Positions 37,258-48,790 of a stretch of 64,000 bases of DNA are shown piece after piece (within the stretch, counting starts at the first letter, position 1; each line of letters begins with the position of its first letter). The DNA comes from Lama glama. Lineage: Eukaryota. The notes beneath the pieces were generated by a model. The model was not told where the DNA came from, made no database searches, and saw nothing but the letters and a program-made list of their open reading frames with translations. The translations under genes and the position numbers were made by a program. The DNA lies in NCBI GenBank assembly GCA_028534125.1, contig CM052816.1, positions 36,024,001-36,088,000 of the forward strand, in the 5' to 3' direction.

Positions 37258-40200
37258 CTCCCCAAATGATAGAAGAAAAAAAATCCTAAAATAGAGAATC
37301 ATAACATGAACTTTGTAGCAGTTTGTAAACTTTCACCTGACACTCTGCTTCCTCCACCAGCGGTGGCCCATGTAAACACACTCTAATGATCGTAGCCAGG
37401 GAGAGTGTGAGAGGTCCCAGGATAAAGCCAAGTAAAGAATCGCAAATACCTGTTGGCCATCCCACCTCCCAACAGTAGAGGGATGGAAGGGGAGATTTAG
37501 AACCCCCCAAAATGCCCAAGGACAAAGGATGGGTTCTGGCCTTTTTCTACAAAGATTTGGCTCACTATTTGGTAGCTTGGAGGTGATGAGAAAGTTGCTT
37601 TCCTCTCGTGACCCTGGCTTGAGGAATCAAAGCTGGATGTCCTGACAGGAGGGGCACAGTCTGTATTGCCCGTGAGTCCCGTGAACTGGAGCAAACCCTG
37701 GGCATATCCCAGCCTGGTCTAGGCCTGACCCGAGCAGAAGGGAGCCTCCGCACCGAGAGATTTGTGAGATTGCCAGCTCGCGGTTGCTGGGACACAGCTC
37801 AGAGCAGAACAGTGGTTGGCAGAGGCTGAAAGGGAGCCTTGGGTGTTCCTGCCAGTGTGATAGGCAGTTGCAGGATTTTGTGAAGCAGTCTGATGAACCC
37901 TCTCAAATAGAGGCACCTAATGCTGCTCAGCTGTGTAATTGGGATGGAAATGGGCCAATGAGAGGCGGTAGTTTATGCTTAACCTTTTGGGAGTCTTGTT
38001 CCAGGAGACTGGGGGGGGGGGGAAGAGGCATTACAAATAATAAGCTTCTCCGCCTGATTTGTAATGAATTAGTAATAAATGGCCTACCGCTCTCCGAAAG
38101 TCTGACGATTACAGAGTGGCTCCAGCTAAGTGCACGGGACCACATCTTATTTTGATCAGCTGTAGCATAGCAAAGACATGTAATTATCATAATCTAACAA
38201 TTAGCCTGGCATCACTTTCCAGTGTTTAATTACCCCGATAAATGGTAATTGAATAGAGGACTTAATGACAAGAGAGAAACTTTCATTCTGCCTTAGGTGC
38301 TTAAGTTGTCTACGCGGCTAGGCATGATTTTCGAGCGTTGCGGGAACAACAGTCCTGATGATCATTTTCCTTTCTGCAGTCTGCCATTATTTTGCTTCCT
38401 GAGCTTGACCTTTGTTTGTAATATGATTTAGCTCTTCTACAACTTGGATACTGGGATCCAGAACACAGAAGGAGATGATTGGGCGCTTTACCCAGTCTTT
38501 CTGTTCTTAAGCATTGCTTCTAATTACCTTCAGCTACACTTCCCCTTCTGGGACGTCTCTCAAGTCACCACTGTGTGCAGACACCATGCCACGTGGCGGG
38601 GATGCAGCGATGCGCAGACCTGCACTACCTCGGGGGAGCTCTCCGTGTGGGGGACAAGGTCTACGCAAAAATGCCGTGACACCCCTAGTGCCGGTCATGC
38701 GCTCCCAGTGCAGTCTGAGTTTTCACCTACATCTTTGCATTTACCTTGAATGAATTCAGTACGTTCTATGACTCCACCCGCCAGCTCATTTCTCACGACT
38801 CCAGATCTCACCATGGCCTCCTTCCTGGTTCCAGATTTGTATCCCAGCTGCTCACAAGGCCCTAACCAAACCAAGTAAAAGTAACGCCTTCCCACCTGCC
38901 AGTTTACACAGAAACAGCAACAATTTCTGCTTTCCGTCCTAGAGCTTGTGGAACACTGCTGTTACTGCTGTTCCCTCACGGTGCCAGATACTTGCTTCCC
39001 CTTGTCCATGAAGATCAAACGTAACGGGGACCCATCAATACCGACATCCTTTCTTCCAGCTTGTTGTTGTTTGTTTAACAATAAACTAGTAGAGATTAGT
39101 TCCATGCCACATAGATTTCGGACCCCCCCCCCAGTTTTGGGAAAGTCAGGGCCAGATTTCAGACCTATGTGGTAATGATTTCAATGGGTTATCATCAAGC
39201 CAGAATACCAAATATTCATTTTACTGCTCGTACATCCGTTCTCGAGAACTACGAAGTCATTATGTGAGTTGGTTACTAGGAAGGACATTTACCATAGCTC
39301 TTTGGCTATTCTTAATTTTGAAACTGGGAATAGCCTGAATTCTGCTGGGTGACTCCATCCCCACAGGATACAAAGGGCTAGATGTATGTGAGCAGTTTGT
39401 CAGGTGGCAGTTTGTTGGATTGACTCCCACATCCCCTGAACGGAATTAATTTGTTTAATCCTATTCTCCCAGGACCGTGGCTGGGTAACCTGTTCACTGA
39501 TTTCCCACGCCTGCTTTTGGATCTGTGTGTGTGTATGTGGCAGGTGTTCTGTTCCTGTGCTTGACATGATGCAAAAATTTGGAGAACTTAGGGCACAGAG
39601 GAGAGCTTTGTCAGGGAGCTCCTTGCTAGCAGGAGTCAAGAAAGAGGCTGTTTTGAGTCATGGAAGTGACCTGTGTTAGGACGCACTGATTGCCAGGCGG
39701 TAATTCTTTATTTTATTTTAATCCCTTTGTGAAAACCGTTTGCAGTGGTCTGTGCTGTGTCGGGTCTGTCGAACTCTGCCTGGTTAATTCTTTGGCTGAT
39801 TTATCCTGTTGACGTTGACACATTCTTACTCCATGCCCGAGGCCTCTTTGGGGGCTTAGAAGCAATTAGACTGTCACCCAGAGCTCCCAGTCCCTTCCTG
39901 AAGGAAAGTCTTGTTTAGGCTCTGCCAATTTAATGCTTTGTTTCCTTTGGAGCTCCTCAGTCAAGCTAATAAAACAAACTGCAAATGAGTTAAAACACTG
40001 GAGGAGAGAACCTTTTGTGGGCCTCGTGTTTAAAACAGGTACTACTCCTGGGAGACACTGGTTCTAAAAAGTCATTCAGCCTGATGTGACTCGTACTAGA
40101 AGAGCCACAAGCGCAAGCTATTTGAGATGTCTATCCGTCTATTTGATATGAGTAGTTAGTGTTAATTGAGGATTTTAAACCACTTGCTTTTAAAGCACAT

Positions 40201-43200
40201 GCTCTCACACACGCACAGAAAACAAAAAAGGACAGGCTAGTATGCTAAATAAATTCTCAGTATCTGGCCAAGTAAATTATGTCTTATTCCCAGCTTCCAC
40301 AGTTACTGAATTTAAGGCAGGGCTCTAATGCTGCAGAATTTGTAATTACTAAAACATTCATTTCCTTTCTTCCAGCTTGCATGTATAAGAGCTTGATTGG
40401 AATTTTTATTAATGGGTACACAGAGCACCAACTCTGGGTTCTGAATATTTTGTCAGAGCGTGCACTGCAGCCTACAGCATTTCAAGTGCGAAAGAAAATG
40501 TAGGAAACCTCTCTGCAGTCCATTTTGGGTAGATTTTTTTTTTAACTTGTAAATCTTCACCTCTGTGGGAATTTGAGGTGTTACTGGTATGTTCTAGAGC
40601 CTGGAAGAGCCGGATTGGACTGCTTGAAATGATGTGTTTGGGTCATCATGTTCTATACCTCATTCAGCCTTAAGAACTGGCCTGGTAACAGCAAAACTGT
40701 CTATGACTCTGATTGACTCAGAACTGAAAATGAACTTCAATTAGCCATACATTTGAAAGGTTGACACGTTTCAGCCTGTGAGACAGAAGGAACATTTAAA
40801 TCCGCCAAACAAATCTTTCTTCAGCCCCCAGTAGTGCTAATATGATCTATCTTCCCCAAGTTTGCTTTGCTGTTTGTATTTCTTACTTTAACCTCTGCAG
40901 AAAAACAAAACCAAAAAAAGAGCATCTTCAGATTTAGGATCCGAAAGCCATAAGGCTTGCATTCTGTGCTGAAAGGAGTAACAGGAGACAAGAAGAGACG
41001 TGTTATGCAACAGAGCCTGCCGTCCTGCCCATCTCTTCACAAAACATATTTATAAACCAAATCTCCTGTCTGTTGCTGGGCCCATTACATCCTTCAGGAC
41101 AGATGAGAAATTATTCTGGTTAAAAAGAGACATCATATTCTGAAATTAGCCTTTAAATCCATAATAGAATTGAAAGACTGTGCAGCCAAGACATGTTCAC
41201 TCTAGATTTAGTTTAAAATTTGGGAGGAACCCTGAGCTGATAAATTTGCTTAATCTTTGACCATAAATCATATCCTTCTTTTCCATTTCAATTTCAGACT
41301 GTAATGTATTAAGTTGCCTTGTAATTAAAGAAGTGACACTGTAGTTCTGTTCAAATAGGAATATTAAAACAATCACCTCTTTGACAGATTAAAATACATT
41401 TAAAACGTAATAATCAACTATCCAGCTCATGAGAAATAACATTTTCATTATTGAATCCTTTAAAACATTACATGAAAGGGGGATAAAAGTGTCTCACAGC
41501 TTCCTAACCTCTAGTCACTACTCCGTCTCCTTTCAGTAATGCAATTTCTATATTTATGGAGAGAAGAAATTTCACTCAGGAACTGCTTGATAAAATACCT
41601 CAGTACATATTTCCCTGGAAGCAGGCTCTCTGCTGTGCCAGCAACATATGCTAAAGGCCAATTTAGAACGATTTAAATAGGCACCGTACCCTTCCTTTTC
41701 CAGCTACTCAAATGAAATGCATTTTGGCTTTTGCCAATGAGGATGAAATGAGAGAAGGAAGACTGCAGGGGAAAGTGGCTGAAGATGAACTCAGACAAAG
41801 ATGCTAATGGTGCTGGTGGTGGTGCTTCTCTGCAGCCTGAAATCCAAGGCACTGCCTGTGTGTCCTGTGGCCTCAGCCTCACGGCTGTCAGTGTCCACAA
41901 CCCAAGACCATATGGTAGAGGAGGAAGTAAGGTCAATGAAATGAAAGCCGTCCACTGAGATAGAAGGCTAGGTGATGTCTCCTTGCCCTGGCAAAGAGGA
42001 GCCAAGGTCAGAGTGAGTTGAGAACTTCTGCTTGAGGTGAAGGGCTGAGTATTCAAGTACTAGATGTCCCCAGTGGGGGGACTCAAGTTTGGAAATAAAG
42101 TATTGAGTTAGGAGGGACAAAGTCTTTTGGTTCCGGTTAACTCTAATCTTGAAACAACATTTTGGTTCCTATCTCAGTAGAAACTTGGGGGTGCGTTGTT
42201 GATAACTCAATGAGAAGAGAGACTGTCGACTCTTAACCTCACTTCTGTTGTTGTTATTTCATTTGAATTCTGAGGCTCAAGTCATGATTCACTTTATCCA
42301 GGCAGGTGAAATATGGAGAGAGATATTAATAATGGTTTTAAATTTATAATAAAAACTGTGTTTGGCTGTGGAATGTCACGAGGTCAACACTGAAGACTGA
42401 TGCACACACACAGTCTGCATGTTGACTTTCTAGCTCACATCCCACCTTCAGCTGTCACTTTTGCTATCAGTAGCCCCGAAATGTGCCTTTTATCCAACTC
42501 TCCAGGGAGCCTGTGGGTCATCAAAAACAATCAAGTGTATAATTCATTTGGGGTAGTTGTGTTGATTACAAAGAACTAGTTGCTGTGCTGAAATTTATTC
42601 TTCTTAATCAACTAAAATGACCCTTTTATAATATACATAACATTCTGAACCAGTCTCCTGCCAAATGTTGATAAATGTATACAGTGTGTTCTTGCCATAA
42701 AAGAGTATATATAAACTATTACATATTGTGTGGAACATTGGCCTGAGTAACTGTTGCAACCCAGTGGAGAACAAGGGCCATCACTCTATGCGTATGAGGT
42801 GTTTCCTGGCACTTGAGACTTGTATTGTGAGAACACAGGCAAGGCAGTAATCATTTTACTCCAACACAATCACTTTTCTAAGTGTGGTAACCATGCGTGC
42901 TTTTACATTGTAAACCACTGTGATAATTTAGTAGAGATTGTATTGTAATTATTGTTGGCTTGTTGGTATGCAGCCAGAAATTCTTACAGTTCATAATATG
43001 CAGTGGTTTCAGAGAGGTAGAGAACCATGGAGAGAATGGACGGAATTAAAGATAAAGAGTAAAGAGGACACATTTACAAGAACATTTCCCAAGAAATGTA
43101 CAAGTGTGGTAAAGCAGTGGTGAGCTACCCATGACATTTGTAAATATTGGCATGTGGAATCACTCTTCTTAGAGGTGAATTTGCTCACTTAATATGAGCT

Positions 43201-43494
43201 AAAGTTCATGAAAGCAGTTTCGTGATGGAAAAAAAAATCCTTTTAAGTGAATGGCTATTGTGTCTAACAGCACTTTATCCCGTGAAAGTCTGGAATGAAG
43301 GTCATGAATCAGGGAGCTAACCCTGCGATCTGAGGCTTCTTCTAAACGCTGACGCACCCTTCAGTTTTCTGGGCAGGAGTTTTGGATCACCCTAGTGGGG
43401 AGGAGAGCAGGGCTGAAGCCCTTGCAGCAGGCTTTCCTAGAAGAGCACTGTAAACAGGATGGGGAGATTACAACCGGGAAAGCTTTGAGCCATC

Positions 43495-43725
43495 ATGGTT
43501 AGGGGGAAAGAGTATATGCTTCAGAATCATATCAGACTGAGGTTAAAAGTCCTGACTCTGCCGCTTATTTCCTGTAGGAAAACAGTTGAACTGAGAGGGT
43601 AACAATTTCTCTGAATGTCATTTCCTCACTGATAAAATGAAACTAATTATAACTACCCAAGAAGGATTTTATGCAGCAGTGTATGTAAAGCCATAGTATA
43701 GCAGATCCTGGACATGGCAGATATT
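43495..43725 (+). mobile_element. MIR SINE
   Basis: cagactgaggtt...gtcctgactctgccgcttatt...tttcctcactgataaaatg...tatgtaaagc...cctggacatggcag. Confidence 0.7.
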
Positions 43726-43781
43726 TGTTGCATCAGTGAAGGAAGGAGAGAACTGAAACCCCACCAAAAATGAGAATTGAT

Positions 43782-43898
43782 GGGGAGGGATAGCTTTGTG
43801 GTAGAGTATGTGCCTAGGAAGCACAAGGTCCTGGGTTCAATCCCCAGTGCCTCCATATAAATAAATAAATAAAACCTAATTACCTCCTCCCCGAAAAA
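43782..43898 (+). mobile_element. tRNA-derived camelid SINE (Vic-1-like)
   Basis: ggggagggatagctttgtggtagagtatgtgcctaggaagcacaaggtcctgggttcaatccccagtgcctcca + (taaa)n + acctaattacctcc. Same family as 14630-14763. Confidence 0.88.
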
Positions 43899-43952
43899 TG
43901 TATACAGTGCTATATATATGTCAATTATATCTCAATAAAATTGGAAGGAAAA
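43899..43952 (+). mobile_element. Extreme 3' end of an L1, abutting the SINE
   Basis: acagtgctatatatatgtcaattatatctcaataaaattggaaggaaaa is an L1 terminal motif with AATAAA. Confidence 0.65.
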
Positions 43953-44014
43953 GAGTTTTTAAATGAGAATCATCCCTCTGGGGGAAAATATAGCAGACCT
44001 AAGAACCTGACTTT

Positions 44015-44228
44015 AGTAATTAAATCTCAGTTCTGAGGTGAGACTGCTTGACTTTGAATTCTGCCTCCATCTTTTACTAGTTGTGTAACATGGGGCACGT
44101 TGCTTGACTTCTTAATCTCAATTTCCTCATCTTTACCCGGGGATACTAAGAGTGTCCTGTGGGACTGCGATGGAGATTAAATTGAGATAATGAATGTAAT
44201 ATAAGAACCACTCAATAATATTAGCCAT
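44015..44228 (+). mobile_element. MIR SINE
   Basis: agactgcttgactttgaattctgcctcc...tactagttgtgtaacatggggc...ctcaatttcctcatct...gattaaattgagataatg. Confidence 0.78.
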
Positions 44229-45504
44229 ATATATGTACTTCTTCACAGTAAGGCCAGAAAAGAATGGTTCAGTGCTACTTTGTAGCCAGGAAGCATAATT
44301 TGGGATAGTCTTAGAATATCTAACCCTGAACCTTTCTTTGGATTGTCCTTGGCTACACTATACAGACACCTTTTATGAGCTCCAATTCATCATTGTTTTT
44401 ACGTTTACACTGTCCAGGCTTTGAAATTTACATTAGTAAACTTACTCAAATTAAATATCTGAAACAGAGTGTAAGTTGATTCTCCAGTAAATCATCATTA
44501 TTTGTCACGTGGATAGAAGGGTATAAGTACTAATTGCTAGTGCAATCTGATGTTTTAAAATTGGCTCCTCAGTGATCCATTTACCACCCCACACAGTAAA
44601 GCATCACCAGAAAAGGTAACTAACTAGCCAACGCAATGTAAATCGAGTCTTCAGGCTCCTGGTTTGCTTTATTAAAATTACAGCAACATTAACAGGGATA
44701 AAAGTAGAGGTGCCAAAAACTATGACAGTTCGTAAAATAAAGCAATAACAGAATGGGACCGGACAGCGGCAGTTTTTTTTATTTTCACTTTTAAGCAGCA
44801 TCAAGTGCTGGAAGGAGCTAAAATGAGTGACATTTGGGAAGAGGGAAAACTTCCCCCTTGAATGTCTTTAAAATCTATAATAATAATATAATAATACAGA
44901 GCGCATCTGGGCACTGGCTTCTGCTGCAGTCCTTGTCTGGCTCTCATCCAGAGCTGTCAGCCCCTCCAAGTGCCGATGATTCATACCCCAGCACCCTTTT
45001 ATCTGAACGTTGCAGTGTCTTTTCTTTGTACTTTGGCAGCGATGTTACCTTGATGTTCAGAAATCTTTTAAAAGCAACACAGGCTTTCCTTGCATCTTGA
45101 CAAATCGTTGTCTGCCAGTAATGAAGAAAAAAGCAAACCTGATTTCGTGATCATTGTAAATGTAAAGAAATAAATACTTCCAAGGGTTTTTTGTTTTTAC
45201 AAATGGTTATATATTTTGAGATCCTCGAACTGAAAAGTGATCTGATCATCTTTTGTTATTTCTCTTGGATAAATGAGCACGCAGCTTTTGAAAAGCATGG
45301 GGCAAGTGGAATTTCTGGGGATCATTTGCTATTTGAGGATAGAATTTAGGATTTTTATGTGATTTCCTTTCTTCTGAGATTTCTAAAAAGGGAAACATAG
45401 GGATTATTTTTATTTCTGTTGTAGGCTCTTACTGCTGTGGTTTAAAAATTAATATCTTGTTAATTACTAATTTTAATTTTAAGTGCTTCACTGTATCCTG
45501 ATCA

Positions 45505-45730
45505 CAGTAACAGTGCTTTACAGGCACGTGTATTTTTTCATACATTTCCTCCTCTGAGGCTTGAAGCAGCCGTGTGAGGTCGGCAAGGAAGATTCTCATT
45601 ATCATTCCACTTTACATCTTAGGAAACTGAGGCTCAGGAGACTTACGACTCTCCTACTCAACCAGCAGCAGATCAAGTCCTTAAATCTAGGTCTACTCTG
45701 TCAAAATCAGTAGTATTTCCACTGTTATCA
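45505..45730 (-). mobile_element. MIR SINE
   Basis: gtgctttacag...gtgtgaggt...attatcattccactttacatcttaggaaactgaggctcaggag. Confidence 0.72.
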
Positions 45731-45879
45731 TGGTTTATTTCAGAAGGGAGTCTTGGCTTGGTCAATGAATATTTAGCATCCAGAGCAAAAGCAGTAGCAC
45801 TTCTTCTGCTGGGCTGATTATTGGTCACAACCTGTCAGAGGTCTTTGTGATGTTTGGGTGCTACATCTTAAGGGGAACT

Positions 45880-46198
45880 AGGAAACTAGAATGATGAGAG
45901 CCTGAAACTGTACCAGAAATAACCAAAGGGAATCAGGATTTTCAAGTCTGGAGAAGGGAGGCTACCAAGAGACACAGCTGACATGTCCACATGTTTTATG
46001 GGCTACCTGGTAGAAGAGAAATTAGATTTGCTCTTGGTAATTTGAAGCAGCACAAGTAGGATCACTGGATGGGAATTACACAGAAGCAGATTGATGCTCG
46101 GTATAAGAAGAAACTTGCTAACATTTAGAGATGTCCAAAAATGGAATAGACTAGCTCACTGTCACTGGGAAGTGTTCTCGCTGAGGCTGTCTGACTTG
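45880..46198 (+). mobile_element. L3/CR1 LINE 3' fragment
   Basis: agtctggagaagggaggct...gtagaagagaaattagatttgctc...aggatcactggatgggaattacacagaagcagatt...tataagaagaaacttgctaaca...tgtccaaaaatggaatagact...tcactgggaagtgttc. Confidence 0.78.
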
Positions 46199-47309
46199 AA
46201 AATTATATGACTTTATGGGCGTCGTATTTCAGCACTAACATAGTTTTATCTTGACCTTTCTAAGGACTCAGAGAAGAATTTCCTTACCTGCTAAAAACAA
46301 AGGGATTTTGTCAGCTTTTCCACCCTGATTTTAGAAAGTTGTGTATGTAACAATTCCTGTTTCACACATCACTGGGTCCTGGGAAAAACTGTTCTGTGGA
46401 CAGGGGAAAAAGCACATTAGTTAAAACAAATAAGCAAAACTTTCTGTCAGATAAGCATTGAAGCAGTGTGGTGTGTGCATGTGCATGTGCCTACATTTTC
46501 ACTATTTCAGGATGCAGTGGCCACGGTTTTGCAATTTTCGTCTGGCCTGTTAACTTTCCTTACTCATCCGTCCAGCCTTAGAACACAACGTATGAAATTG
46601 AAAGAAATGGAGAGGAAAGTCATTCTACTTGGAAGGTTTCAGTTTTCTTAATAGGGAGAGGGATAGGGCAGCAAAACGGAGATTGGTTAAAAGGGGTTTG
46701 TGACAAAAGCAGACGCACCAAGGGAGATGCCTAGCGAGGATGTGAAGTTTCTGTCCCAGGTCTAGCTCAGTGGCTCAGTGCTTCATCATTCTGCCTTCTG
46801 GTTTTATCTTCCTCTCAAGTGGAAGTGTTGTTCTAGGAATTTTCTTTCTGACTTTCAAATTTTATGATTCGAATTCTCTCCGTTTTATGATTCTAATTCT
46901 CCACATTTGCATTGGAAATTAAGAATAGTCTCAATTATAACAAAAACAATTCATGTATTCTTTAAATTTCTTACTCATTTATTCAAAAACATGATTAACT
47001 TAAACACTGATTTAGAAATATGAAGACTTTGCTTCAGTATGTGTGATTTTAAGGACAAAAGGAAAACAATGAATCGGTACCTTCAGTACTTAAAATGAAA
47101 GGGAAATGCTCCACTGACAGGGTATTTTGAAGCAAATATAATAGAATTCCTCTAAAAACGGCTTGTTACTTAGATTTGGAACAGCAACATTTCAAACCAT
47201 GCCTCAAGTCATGTGGCATGAAATAAAAACTTACTATAATAAATCTTAAGCTCGAGCACTATTAAAGGGCTCAACCACTGATTCCAAGCAGGAAACCTTT
47301 CCTGTATGA

Positions 47310-47693
<384 letters not shown>

Positions 47694-48354
47694 TAGCCAT
47701 GTTTCAGTGAATTGCAGAGAGCTGGACTCTGCATTACAGATGTCTCCTTGTAAATGCGTACACCGGGATTCCTAGATACATTAGCTAAGAATTGAGAGCA
47801 CAAATTAGATTAAAGACACAGCGCCTCTGCCCGTATGAAATTGCATGTCAGCCTGTTCAGTGAACCACTGCTGACTTGTATTTCTTTTATATGAAAATTG
47901 CTAAGACTTCTCCAAAGCTCAGGAAAAGAAAAAGATTCCTGAACGAAAAATTAGAGGAAATAATTAAATTTGCATAGCTTGGAGTCGCTGGATTTCTTAC
48001 TCAGGTGTCAGCAATATCCTTTGAATCACCACATTTCCAGTGGAGAAAACTGAAACTCCTGCAAGTGTCAGCGTGCTGACGATAAATACTCTCTTTGCAC
48101 CAAGGAGAAAAGACAATTATTAAGAGCAGCTGTGTCTTTAAACAGGAAGGAGCATGAAGAAGCATCTAGAAAGGGTTCCCAGGGAGCTAGTGTAAGTGAG
48201 TTTCCCACCTGTGAACTTACCGCTAAGCGACTCTGTCCTGAGAGAGCTCTAAAACTTTCTCCGCCGACCCCTGCGTGAATCCCATCGCCCTGGCCTTGTT
48301 TTTTCTCTGTCGTGAATGCTTTTTAAGGCATCGTACTGGTCATATATCCCAGGT

Positions 48355-48513
48355 AAACGCTTCTCAAACTTGAGCGTGCGTGTCACCTGGGGGTCTTGTT
48401 ATAATGTAAGTTCTGATTCGGGGCTCTGCGGTGGGGCTTGGGATGTGCATTAAAGGCTCTTGGGTGAAGCGGCTCCTCCTGCTGGTCTGTGGACCACACT
48501 CGAGTTAGCAGCG
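48355..48513. mobile_element. hAT-Charlie DNA transposon remnant (MER5A-like)
   Basis: cttctcaaacttgagcgtgc...tcacctgggggtcttgtta...ttctgattc...ggtggggc...gctggtctgtggaccacact. Confidence 0.8.
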
Positions 48514-48644
48514 CATTAGGAAGTACCTAATTCAGGCAGCTCGCTGTGTATCTAGACTTTCCTTTAACTAGTGTCAGATATTTAAACTGTCTGACCTTTT
48601 CCACATGTTTTCATCGTCGGCTGAAGGAGTTAAAATGTTAAAAA

Positions 48645-48790
48645 TGCTTCGTTCAAAAGTACATTGACCGACAGGCTTATTGTGACTCAGAAATGTGGAG
48701 GATGCAGGATGAAAAGACACTCCTGTCCTCAAAGAGTGACCATCGGGTGGGGAGCAGACATGTAAATAGGCGATGAAGGTGGAAGCGGAC
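48645..48790 (-). mobile_element. L2 3' fragment
   Basis: gttcaaaagtacattgacc...aaagacactcctgtcctcaaagagtgacc...gtggggagcagacatgtaaatag. Confidence 0.6.
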
